Position numbers and translations under genes: made by a program | Part shown: positions 50,031 to 59,436 of the stretch, piece by piece | How positions within the stretch are numbered: position 1 is the first letter of the stretch | Layout of the letters: the number at the start of each line of letters is the position of its first letter | From: Patescibacteria group bacterium | Lineage (GTDB): Bacteria; Patescibacteriota; JABMPQ01; JAQVVF01 | Assembly (NCBI GenBank): GCA_041662665.1 | Contig: JBAZSC010000002.1 | Location: forward strand, 165,234-229,233 | Direction of reading: 5' to 3' | DNA: 64,000 nt | The notes under the pieces: generated by a model | The model's input: only the letters and a program-made list of their open reading frames with translations | Told to the model about the DNA's origin: nothing | Database searches by the model: none

Positions 50031-50669
50031 TTAGGAACAAGCCTGCATATTCAAACTCAACTGAGTTCCAGAACTATTATCATTTTTATCATCATTATCA
50101 TCAACAGCGTCGTCGTCGTCATCGTTATCTTCTTCATCATCATTCACAACCTTCGGACGTTCAAGATTGATTTCTGCCAAAGAAATATCTCGTCCAAACT
50201 CATAAACAACATCAGCTTGTCTTCTCAATTCCTGATGCAAGAAGAAAGAATACATGCAAACAATTCGATAGACACTCTTACCTTTGTATTGATTAATCAA
50301 GCTAAAGGTAATTGCAAAATTCCGACTACCTGAAACCAAAACAAGATGAGTGATTTCACCATAAAAAGCATTTGCCAACATCAATGATGCAATTGCTGTA
50401 TCTGTACCATATACATCTTCTGTCTCCATTTGAAAACCCATGCCTATCTTTTCAAAATCAAAGTGAAGTGCACTCGCAAACGATGTTTCAGTCTTTTTTT
50501 CATTTACTACCAAAATAACTCTGCAATCTTTATATTCAAGGCACATCTTTTCACAAATCTTCTGAGCCAAAACTACCAAATCAATCCGGAATCTTCTTCT
50601 TGCACATGCATTTAAAATTGACCTTGCATCCATCACGATCAATGCTTTTCCTACGATTTTCCCACGCAT
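50031..50669 (-). CDS. NYN/LabA-like (PIN-fold) protein, degenerate, with acidic tail
   Basis: IVMDARSI, GTDTAIA, LVLVSGSRNF, GKSV, ELRRQAD; SD AAGGAG before ATG 50669. Confidence 0.6.
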   Translation of the reverse strand: MRGKIVGKALIVMDARSILNACARRRFRIDLVVLAQKICEKMCLEYKDCRVILVVNEKKTETSFASALHFDFEKIGMGFQMETEDVYGTDTAIASLMLANAFYGEITHLVLVSGSRNFAITFSLINQYKGKSVYRIVCMYSFFLHQELRRQADVVYEFGRDISLAEINLERPKVVNDDEEDNDDDDDAVDDNDDKNDNSSGTQLSLNMQACS

Positions 50670-50835
50670 CGGAACTCCTTCGTCAACCCTTCTTGCAATT
50701 GAGGGTTGACTAATCGATGGAAATATCTTAAAATTATAAAGATCAAGCGTACTCACTAATCTACCAGCTTTATCAAACACTGTCAAGAGATTCGCCCAAA
50801 GTTATTATACAAAAAAATCAAGGATATTACTATAT

Positions 50836-52902
50836 ATGAAATTTAAATTAATCTCAAAATTCGAACCAAAAGGAGACCAGCCTCAAGCAATTGACAAGCT
50901 TTATAATAATCTTAAAAATAAACAAAAATTTCAAACTCTTCTTGGCGTAACAGGTTCAGGTAAAACCTTTACCATGGCCAAAGTGATCGAAAAAAATCAA
51001 AAACCAACTTTAGTTATTTGCCATAACAAAACATTAGCTGCTCAGCTCGCATCAGAATTCAAATCATTTTTTCCAGATAATGCTGTCCATTATTTTGTCA
51101 GTTTTTATGATTATTATCAGCCAGAATCTTACATGCCTGTTACTGATACTTATATTGCCAAAGATGCCAGTATTAATGAAGAAATTGAACGCCTCCGCCA
51201 TGCAGCCACAGAAAGCCTTTTAACTCGCAAAGATGTCATAATCGTAGCTTCAGTTTCTTGTATTTATGGTTTAGGCTCTCCAGCAGAATATCAAAAAGAA
51301 AGTATTAAATTAACCTTAAATGGAAAAATTGAATTACCAGATTTATTAAGACAGTTGACTTCAATCAATTACGAACGTGATCAATTCACTTTAAAACGCG
51401 GAACATTCCGAGTCCGTGGCGACATTGTTGATATTTTTCCTCCATATTCTATTAATGAAATTGTCAGAATTGAATTATTCGGCAATAAAATTGAAAAAAT
51501 TTCCAAAATAAACTACTTAACAGGAGAAATAATTAGAGATTCATTAGAGAAAAAGTATTCGAGCAACATTAGAGAAATAGTTATATTTCCAGCATCTCAT
51601 TACATCGCCCCACACGATAAATTTAACCAATCTCTAAAACAAATTTCACAAGACATGATTTTAGAAGTTGAAGAATTAAAAAAAAGAGGCAAAGAATTAG
51701 AAGCTCAAAGATTAAAACAAAGAACAGAATATGATTTAGAAATGCTAAAAGAAACAAGCTATTGTAATGGCATTGAAAATTATTCTCGCTATTTTGATGG
51801 AAGAAAACCAGGCCAGCCTCCATACACTTTAATGGATTTCTTTCCACAAGATTTTCTGATGTTTATTGATGAATCACATATGACAATTCCACAAATTGGC
51901 GGAATGTATTATGGTGATCGCGCCAGAAAAGAATCATTAGTTCAATATGGTTTTCGACTTCATTCAGCTTTTGATAATCGTCCATTAAAATTTAATGAAT
52001 TTGAAAAACATATTAATCAATGCATTTTTGTATCAGCTACTCCAGGACCATATGAATTTAGTCAAAGCAAAATTAAACAGAATTCGAGATCGCATTCGTC
52101 TAATTCGAGATTAAATTCGGGAATAGTTGAACAGATAATCAGACCAACAGGCTTAATCGACCCAAAGATTGATATTAAACCTACCAAAAATCAAATTGAT
52201 GATTTGTTAATCAGAATTCAAAACCGAATAAAAAATAAACAGCGAGTTTTAGTCACAACTTTAACCAAAAAATTGGCAGAAGAATTAACTGATTATCTAA
52301 AAGACCTAAATCTAAAAGTCGCCTATCTCCATTCTGACATTGCCACTTTAAAAAGATTAGAAATATTGCGAGATTTAAGACTTGGAAATTATAATGTTTT
52401 AGTTGGTATCAATCTATTGCGCGAAGGACTTGATTTGCCAGAAGTTAGCTTAGTTGCAATTCTGGATGCTGACAAAGAAGGCTTTTTGCGTTCTGAACAA
52501 GCCTTAATTCAGACAATGGGCAGAGCTGCTAGACACATTGATGGCCAAGTAATAATGTACGCTGATACAATTACTGGCTCCATGAAAAAAGCAATTTCTG
52601 AAACTAGCCGCCGTCGAAAAATTCAAGTTGAATACAATAAAAAACACCATATTACTCCAAAAACAATTGAAAAAGAAATCAAAGATGAAAGATTGGCTGG
52701 TCAAAAAAGCGAAGAAGAAATAGCTTCAAATGAAACAATAAAAATCGCTGCTGAAAAATCCGATCCTAAAAAAATAAAAATTTTAATTAAAGAATTGACT
52801 GACCAAATGAATTTATCAGCCAGAAATTTAGAATTTGAAGAAGCAGCAAAATTGAGAGATGAAATTAGAAATTTGCGAAAAGCCTTGCAAAAATTGCAAT
52901 AA
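50836..52902 (+). CDS. uvrB: Excinuclease ABC subunit B
   Basis: GVTGSGKT, YDYYQPE, DESH, GINLLREGLD, C-terminal FEEAAKLRD. Confidence 0.98.
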   Translation: MKFKLISKFEPKGDQPQAIDKLYNNLKNKQKFQTLLGVTGSGKTFTMAKVIEKNQKPTLVICHNKTLAAQLASEFKSFFPDNAVHYFVSFYDYYQPESYMPVTDTYIAKDASINEEIERLRHAATESLLTRKDVIIVASVSCIYGLGSPAEYQKESIKLTLNGKIELPDLLRQLTSINYERDQFTLKRGTFRVRGDIVDIFPPYSINEIVRIELFGNKIEKISKINYLTGEIIRDSLEKKYSSNIREIVIFPASHYIAPHDKFNQSLKQISQDMILEVEELKKRGKELEAQRLKQRTEYDLEMLKETSYCNGIENYSRYFDGRKPGQPPYTLMDFFPQDFLMFIDESHMTIPQIGGMYYGDRARKESLVQYGFRLHSAFDNRPLKFNEFEKHINQCIFVSATPGPYEFSQSKIKQNSRSHSSNSRLNSGIVEQIIRPTGLIDPKIDIKPTKNQIDDLLIRIQNRIKNKQRVLVTTLTKKLAEELTDYLKDLNLKVAYLHSDIATLKRLEILRDLRLGNYNVLVGINLLREGLDLPEVSLVAILDADKEGFLRSEQALIQTMGRAARHIDGQVIMYADTITGSMKKAISETSRRRKIQVEYNKKHHITPKTIEKEIKDERLAGQKSEEEIASNETIKIAAEKSDPKKIKILIKELTDQMNLSARNLEFEEAAKLRDEIRNLRKALQKLQ

Positions 52903-52951
52903 CGTGATAATCTAATGTTAATTATTAATTGTTAAATGTTAATTGTTATAT

Positions 52952-53266
52952 ATGCCTATCAAACACGCAGCTAAAAAAGCTTTAAGAAAATCTAAGAGAC
53001 AACAAAAAGTAAACTTAGTCTGGAAAGACAAGATCAAAAAAATTACTAAAACTGTTCGAGAATTAGTCAGAGATAATAAAAAAGAAGAAGCTAAAAAAGA
53101 ATTAGCTACAGCTTACAAAATTTTTGACAAAGCTAGCAAAGCAAAAAAAATCAAGAAAAATACAGCTGACCGCAAAAAATCTAGATTAACAAAACTAGTA
53201 AATAAATCAGAAAAAGAAGTCAAAACAGAAGTTAAGAAAAAAGCAAAAAAAGTAGTAAAAAAATAA
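52952..53266 (+). CDS. rpsT: 30S ribosomal protein S20
   Basis: MPIKHAAKKALR...DKA.K..IKKNTADRKKSRL; ATG at 52952. Confidence 0.93.
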   Translation: MPIKHAAKKALRKSKRQQKVNLVWKDKIKKITKTVRELVRDNKKEEAKKELATAYKIFDKASKAKKIKKNTADRKKSRLTKLVNKSEKEVKTEVKKKAKKVVKK

Positions 53267-53275
53267 TTAAGATAC

Positions 53276-53308
53276 AAAAACAAGGCGTTAATTTCAGCCT
53301 TGTTTTTT
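53276..53308. terminator. Bidirectional intrinsic terminator (rpsT/holA)
   Basis: aaaaacaaggc...gccttgtttttt. Confidence 0.75.
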
Positions 53309-53363
53309 AATTTTTGTAATTTGGAATTTGTAATTTGTTTGGGATTTGGAATTTGTAATTTTT

Positions 53364-54323
53364 TTATAGCTCAACAATGAATTTATCCATTTTCAACATA
53401 ATATCACCTTCACCATTTTTTAAATCTCGCTCAATTCTAAACAATTGATCATAAATATTTTTTAAATCAGCAATTTCAAAATTCTTAACAACATCTAAAG
53501 ATTTCAAAACTGCATATGGATGAATTTTTGCCATCTTTGCAATTTGATATTGATTAAAATTTTTGCTAGCCAGATCTTTAACTCTAATCATATTTCGAAA
53601 TTGAAAAACAATCATTGATAAAAAATAATTAAAATCACTATCAAAAACAAATTGCTCATGGAAAAGTTTTAAAGCATTTTTTTTATCTTTTCGACTTAGA
53701 CTTTCAGTAAAATTAAAAATATTTTCATCAATATTTGCACCTACTAACAAATCAATATCGGAAACAGAAATTTGTCTTTTTCCACCCTCGCCAACAACAG
53801 TATAAGCAATCAATTTATCAATTTCTTTATTTAATCTAAAAAGATCCGGACCAACAAAGCTCGCCAATTTATTTATCGCCATTTTATCTATTAATCCATT
53901 CCTCTTTTTTACTTCATTTTCTATCCATAAATTTACTTGAGAATAATTAAGCTGGTTAAAAACAAGAACCTGATCTGATTTTAATAATTTTTTAAATATT
54001 TTTTTTCGACTATCAATTTTTCCATTCTCAAAAAATATTACAATAAAATCTTTAGAAATATTTTTTTTATCAAGCAAATCAACAATTTTTTCCTGCAAAT
54101 CTTTTTTTGCTTTACTAATAATATTTTCAATGACAACCATTTTTTTATCGCTAAAAAAAGTGCTAGTTGAAACAGCTTGCTGTATTTTTAGCCAATCTAA
54201 ATTATTGTCAGAAAAATAAATAAAATTCAAACCTGATTTATCAGTCTTTATAAAATTATTTTTAATTTCATTCAATTTTTGGCGAGCTAAAAATTTATCC
54301 TCGCCATAAATAAATATTGTCAT
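53364..54323 (-). CDS. holA: DNA polymerase III subunit delta
   Basis: IFIYGED.F, L..EIDKL..Y, NIFNF, QFR, HPY; adjacent to rpsT. Confidence 0.88.
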   Translation of the reverse strand: MTIFIYGEDKFLARQKLNEIKNNFIKTDKSGLNFIYFSDNNLDWLKIQQAVSTSTFFSDKKMVVIENIISKAKKDLQEKIVDLLDKKNISKDFIVIFFENGKIDSRKKIFKKLLKSDQVLVFNQLNYSQVNLWIENEVKKRNGLIDKMAINKLASFVGPDLFRLNKEIDKLIAYTVVGEGGKRQISVSDIDLLVGANIDENIFNFTESLSRKDKKNALKLFHEQFVFDSDFNYFLSMIVFQFRNMIRVKDLASKNFNQYQIAKMAKIHPYAVLKSLDVVKNFEIADLKNIYDQLFRIERDLKNGEGDIMLKMDKFIVEL

Positions 54324-54407
54324 ATCAGCCCATTTTATCTTTTTAAGTAAATTTTGTAAACAATAAAAAACTCCTCAGTTTTTACTAAGGAGCTTAATCA
54401 ACTTAAA

Positions 54408-54740
54408 TTATTTTTCTCTCCATTTTCCTTCTAAAACACTAGCTATATCATCCAATACATCAACAAGCTTTCTATTTGAATATTCAGGATGCCCCTCAAT
54501 TTCAGGAGTCATTATATCTAGTGACTTTCCATTAAACTTTAAATCACTATAATTAGCTTTTAATTTGTCCAAATCTTTAATAATCGTCTGCTTTTCGACC
54601 TCATCCTTATTTAACAGAACTTTATCAAGCGCTTTGACTGTATCTTTAAGTTCACCTTCCAACAGACCTATTTCACGTGCTTGATCTTTTTCATCTTTTA
54701 TTCCCAAATCTTCTGGGCTTGGTCCTTCATTTTCTACCAT
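54408..54740 (-). CDS. Hypothetical protein
   Basis: 110-aa ORF with its own downstream hairpin (54365-54392). Confidence 0.6.
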   Translation of the reverse strand: MVENEGPSPEDLGIKDEKDQAREIGLLEGELKDTVKALDKVLLNKDEVEKQTIIKDLDKLKANYSDLKFNGKSLDIMTPEIEGHPEYSNRKLVDVLDDIASVLEGKWREK

Positions 54741-54896
54741 AAATTTTTGTATTAATTAATAATAATTTTAAAAATTTTTTGTTATTTTTAATTTCTAATT
54801 TATCATTTACATTTTACCCCCCCCTATTATTTGTAAAGCCAGCACCTGTGGATAAAAAAACGAACTACAAGAGTTCGTTATAAACAAAGAACAAAA

Positions 54897-55085
54897 TTAC
54901 ACACCGTAAAAACCAGTTGACTCAGTAATAGGCTTCCTATTAGGATCACGTGTTGTGTCAACAAAAGTCACACAAATTCTCAAGTTATTTCTACCATCAA
55001 TCACCAATCCCTGCTTTTTTGCTTCCACATTTCGAGATTCATTTTCCAGCAAGTACGTAAGCAACAATCTTTTCAGTGCTCTCAT
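54897..55085 (-). CDS. Small hypothetical protein (62 aa) downstream of the Phe-type attenuator
   Basis: Strong SD GAGGAGG before ATG 55085 (MRALKRLL...); terminator-like hairpin at about 54853-54879. Confidence 0.55.
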   Translation of the reverse strand: MRALKRLLLTYLLENESRNVEAKKQGLVIDGRNNLRICVTFVDTTRDPNRKPITESTGFYGV

Positions 55086-55134
55086 CTTCCTTCCCTCCTC
55101 TTCTGGTCTGTGGCCAAGGTGCAAAATAAAGAAC

Positions 55135-55290
55135 AAAAAACCACTGACTGCAGTGGATTGTTTCTTTGCTTTTTAATTTAGGCAATCAAACAATTCACCG
55201 CTGTCCGTGGCTAAAAAAGAAAAAATATCTATTTGTTAGTATATTCTTTTTCATCAAATTAAATATAATCTAATAAAAATAATTAGTCAA
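55135..55290 (-). promoter_or_regulatory. Promoter, leaderless leader peptide MKKNILTNRYFFFFSHGQR (55195-55254) and antiterminator/terminator
   Basis: TTGACT-17-TATATT, ATG after a 7-nt gap; GCGGTG.ATTGTTT pairs with AAACAAT.CACTGC; terminator CCACTG-CAGT-CAGTGG-TTTTTT. Confidence 0.7.
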
Positions 55291-55370
55291 GATTTTATTA
55301 TCAACCAAAAAAAATTAAAAAATATAAAAAACAGGCATTTTGTTTTTGCCTGTTTCATAATTTTTAATCT

Positions 55371-58300
55371 TTATTCAAAAAAGAAATCTTGACTATCCGA
55401 TGTTTCAGAATTTGTTAAATTAGATAAAGCATTTTTCTCAGCAATCACGAATTTAATCTTTTTCAATGTTCTAAAATAGAAAGATGGAGCAAATGGTCTG
55501 TTCTTTGTTTTAATATCTAGCGGATTTGGAATTGGATTCTTTGGAGGTTTTACTAGATAATTTCTAATTTTAAATTTCAGAGTATGAGTTGTTTTGTTTT
55601 GATATATTCTGTATGGTCCTCGCCAGATGTTGTCTCTGTCTTTGATGAATAATCTTAAATTCTTTTCTTTAATATTTGTCTTGTTTAATTTTGTCTTGGA
55701 ATATCTAACTGAAACTCTGAAATTAATATGTTTATTAACATTTTTTTGATAAGCTTTTTTGACTGTGCCGATATTTGATAATAGTTTTAAATAACCAGGA
55801 TAGCTGTTCTTCTTAGTAAATCCATTTAGATGTTTCTTCTTGTTTCTGATTAATTTAATGTAGAGATCTTTGATTACTTTTTGTTTTGGAAGAAGATAGA
55901 AAAGAAGATCTGCATTATCTGTAACGCTTTGATAGGTTTGATTTAGAATTACGTTTTCTAAATTAAGTTTTTCGGTAAAAAGAATGGCTGAAATGATAAC
56001 ATAGTTTTCTGTTTTGATACTTTCTGTATGGCCTAAAATGTCAACTGAAAAGAATTTAAGTGTTGCTGTTTCAGAAATTGTAATTGGCGTTGTGTATTGT
56101 GTTGATAACGTAGTTGGATCTATACCATCAAGTGTATAATATGTTATTGCTGTTTCATCTGTTGTTAAAGTTACAGCTTGAGCGTTATCGTATGTTCCAC
56201 CAGCTGGAGTAGCAGTTGTTACTGGTGCTTCTGTATCAATGATAACAGAACCAGTTGCTGACCAATCAGATATATTGTCAGCTATATCTACTGCATTGAC
56301 TCTAAAATACCAAGTACCATCAATCAAAGAAATTGTATGAGTAAAAGAGTTTGCTATTGCAGTTGAGATATTCAAATCACAACCAATAAAGCTTGAATTA
56401 TCGCACCATTGTACATTGTAAGCTGGATCACCTAGTCCTGAAGTTGTATCTGTTGATGCTGTCCATGTCCATTCTGGCTTGTTATTATTAGTTGGTGAGG
56501 TTGTTATAGGATCACCTGGAATTGAAGGAGGTGTTGTGTCAATTTGAACTAGATAACTGTTGTAATTGTTAGATGGATCATTATCAAGATTAACAGCGAT
56601 CGTATGAATATACCAAACTCCATCTGAAGGAACAGTTGCAGTAAATATGCCATCTGCATCAAAAGTACCAGCAAGTACTTCAACTTGAGTTGGTGTTGAA
56701 TTTTGAGAAACTAGATAATGATAATTTGTTGTAGAAGATCCATTGGATGATAATGACATATCAACTAATGCATCTGAATACCAAGTAACATGGGATGGAT
56801 GAGATGATGATGTAAATGTTGGATCTGGTGGTGTAACATATTCATACGCTCCCATATCATAATAGTCTACTGCACCTGCTCCTGTATTTACTACATCTGG
56901 ATCATCATATCTTTGCTTGCCAGCATAGTCAGTGGCAATATCTGTGTCGTAACCAGCATCGATGGCTGGAGAATCAGATTGAAGATGAAAGTCCGATCCA
57001 AAAGTTACAAATTTTGGATCAGTTATAATACTGCCTGTTCCACCTTCATTAGATGAATTATAGTAATCATTATATGAAATACTTTGTGTTCCAGCAGTAC
57101 TCGACAACACATCCGTAATGTTATAAAAAATATCATCTTTAAGATTAAGCGTTCCACCGCTCTGATTGATAAAAATACTTCCTGCAGAAGCTCTCCAAAA
57201 AACACTGTTATAAATATTAGCTGTCCCGCCAGCGAGTGTTATAAATGTTGTAGGAGCAATATTCATCACCTTTGATGCTATATTCAATGTTCCGTTGGTC
57301 ACAGTAAACGTGTTTGATGCGCCCATTGTTGGAGTATCAACAAGAGTGAGAGTTCCACCAGGAGCGTTAAGAGTTAAATTTTTTCCCCAAGTATTACCAT
57401 TTGTAGTCAGAGTATAAGATGATCGCCCTTCGAAAGTATACAATTGTGTCGATGCCGAAAACGTCCAGCTTGCAACAGGAGCAAGGGTCAGCGATCCAAA
57501 TATACTTGTAGCAGTACTTGTTGTGAAAGTCGGATTATTCGTAATGCCAGATTCTCCATTTAAACCTAAAAAAGTGGTAGTCGATATACGAGGCATATCC
57601 TGTATCAAAGTCATTCCTGTTGAACCAAAAGATGCCGAATCAAAAATAGCTGTGTCTTGACAAAGAGGCACGCGGCCAGCACCACCAATACCTCCAGAAG
57701 ATAGATACCAATTACCATCAGTACTCCAATTATTGCTAGCCCCGCTTAACTTGTACCAATATTGAGGAGTAGATGTTGTAAATAAAATACTGGAATTACC
57801 ACCACAATCCCCGCTTCTACCCGAAATATTACTCAGATCGTTCATAGATGCTAATTCCCATGTAACGGCAGAATAAATAGTATTAGCAATAGCTGCATAT
57901 CCAGCAGCAGACGGATGTAAATGATCACCATTATCATAAATTGGAAGAAGTTTATCCGGATCTGATGGATCTTCTAGAGCAGTATAAGTTTCAGCAACTA
58001 TATCCACGTCTGTAGCGCTATTTTGAATCCAATCATTGATCTGATCAGTTTTAATCTGTGCTGCTTCATACCACTCTGAATGTCCTTTCCATGGTGTTAT
58101 TTTTGCGGCAATTACAGTGAGACCTGCAGTTTTTAACGCGGTATACATGCTTTGCAGATTAGATTCAGTGCTCGCCACACTGTATCCGCTGCGTATGTCA
58201 TTCACTCCACCTAATACAATCGCATAACGAACATTCTGCAAGCTTGTGATAGAAGAAATTCTAGCAAGCATCGCATCGGTCTTTTGCCCATCGACACCAA

Positions 58301-59324
58301 AATTATATACACCGTATCCATATTCATTTGAATTTAGCTCTGTCGTCAAAAATTGAGGATAGGAACCATTATTTGCAGGTGTAGGATAACCTCTTGTAAT
58401 ACTGTCCCCAATAGCACCAATTGACTTAGTCGGCAAAGAAACATCGCGAAAATCTGTATTTGAGATAGAAATAGAAATAGCATTTATAATTCGTCGAAGG
58501 TTGATAGTGTCTGAGGCAACCAACATCCGGTTTGTCGAACTATTTCCGTTAATGGTTAAACTGTGTGTAACTGTAATATCTCCAGCAAGTGTAAATGTGT
58601 TGGTTTTACTGTTTGTGCCAGTTCTAGTCAGATCATAAAATGAGATATTTCCTGTGAGAGTATGAGCCGTTCCACTAAATGAAACTGCATGTGCATTAGG
58701 ATCAAAGTATCCAGAATTCAAAGCAAAAAGAACAGCTAAACCGAAATCCACATTGCTTGCTAGTTGTAATGTCCCAGTACCGGACATAATAAGAGAAGTC
58801 TTTATTTGAACACCGTTTGTGTTTAATGTTGTGGTAGTCCCAGTTGCTGGCGCAAAACGAGTGTATCCGCCACCATCTCCATAGGTCATACCTGATACCA
58901 GCACTGTTGATCCATATGAAAAAAGTGATACTCCTCCTGCAATAAATAATGTCGGATTTCCAGTGGCCGGATTAGCCCATGTAACATTATTACAATAGCC
59001 TGTGGCATTAACATTAACACTGTACGAATTAGCTGATGAATTGGAATCAAAAAAACAATTATCACTAGAGGTTGGCAGATTGCCTGCATCAGGACTGCCA
59101 CCAGACGTAGCTGCCCAATGAGTTGCAGCATCGCTCCAATTTCCTGAACCACCTACCCAATATCTTTCCGCTGCACTCGCCACCGCACCTCCAAAAAAAC
59201 AAACTCCCAAAACAAAAAAAAGACTCAAAAGAATCTTGTATTTTGAAATACCAAAAAATTTTACCTTTCCATTAAGCCCCCCCCCTCGTACTTTTTTGTT
59301 TATTTTTGTATTAAAAAAATACAT
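55371..59324 (-). CDS. Large exported protein: beta-rich passenger, SGNH/GDSL hydrolase, Fn3-like domains, Lys-rich C-terminal module
   Basis: YWVGGSGNWSD; GDSIT..G..GGVND..DHLHP; DFHLQSDSPAIDAG; YYTLDG.DP; basic C-domain. Confidence 0.85.
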   Translation of the reverse strand: MYFFNTKINKKVRGGGLNGKVKFFGISKYKILLSLFFVLGVCFFGGAVASAAERYWVGGSGNWSDAATHWAATSGGSPDAGNLPTSSDNCFFDSNSSANSYSVNVNATGYCNNVTWANPATGNPTLFIAGGVSLFSYGSTVLVSGMTYGDGGGYTRFAPATGTTTTLNTNGVQIKTSLIMSGTGTLQLASNVDFGLAVLFALNSGYFDPNAHAVSFSGTAHTLTGNISFYDLTRTGTNSKTNTFTLAGDITVTHSLTINGNSSTNRMLVASDTINLRRIINAISISISNTDFRDVSLPTKSIGAIGDSITRGYPTPANNGSYPQFLTTELNSNEYGYGVYNFGVDGQKTDAMLARISSITSLQNVRYAIVLGGVNDIRSGYSVASTESNLQSMYTALKTAGLTVIAAKITPWKGHSEWYEAAQIKTDQINDWIQNSATDVDIVAETYTALEDPSDPDKLLPIYDNGDHLHPSAAGYAAIANTIYSAVTWELASMNDLSNISGRSGDCGGNSSILFTTSTPQYWYKLSGASNNWSTDGNWYLSSGGIGGAGRVPLCQDTAIFDSASFGSTGMTLIQDMPRISTTTFLGLNGESGITNNPTFTTSTATSIFGSLTLAPVASWTFSASTQLYTFEGRSSYTLTTNGNTWGKNLTLNAPGGTLTLVDTPTMGASNTFTVTNGTLNIASKVMNIAPTTFITLAGGTANIYNSVFWRASAGSIFINQSGGTLNLKDDIFYNITDVLSSTAGTQSISYNDYYNSSNEGGTGSIITDPKFVTFGSDFHLQSDSPAIDAGYDTDIATDYAGKQRYDDPDVVNTGAGAVDYYDMGAYEYVTPPDPTFTSSSHPSHVTWYSDALVDMSLSSNGSSTTNYHYLVSQNSTPTQVEVLAGTFDADGIFTATVPSDGVWYIHTIAVNLDNDPSNNYNSYLVQIDTTPPSIPGDPITTSPTNNNKPEWTWTASTDTTSGLGDPAYNVQWCDNSSFIGCDLNISTAIANSFTHTISLIDGTWYFRVNAVDIADNISDWSATGSVIIDTEAPVTTATPAGGTYDNAQAVTLTTDETAITYYTLDGIDPTTLSTQYTTPITISETATLKFFSVDILGHTESIKTENYVIISAILFTEKLNLENVILNQTYQSVTDNADLLFYLLPKQKVIKDLYIKLIRNKKKHLNGFTKKNSYPGYLKLLSNIGTVKKAYQKNVNKHINFRVSVRYSKTKLNKTNIKEKNLRLFIKDRDNIWRGPYRIYQNKTTHTLKFKIRNYLVKPPKNPIPNPLDIKTKNRPFAPSFYFRTLKKIKFVIAEKNALSNLTNSETSDSQDFFFE

Positions 59325-59436
59325 ATTTGTTTTTCTTATATAAATTTTGATAATCTAAGTATACCACATCTAAAAGAAAAAATTATCCACAAAAAAAGAG
59401 CGTCAAAACGCTCTACTCAAAAAAAGAACAAAAAGA

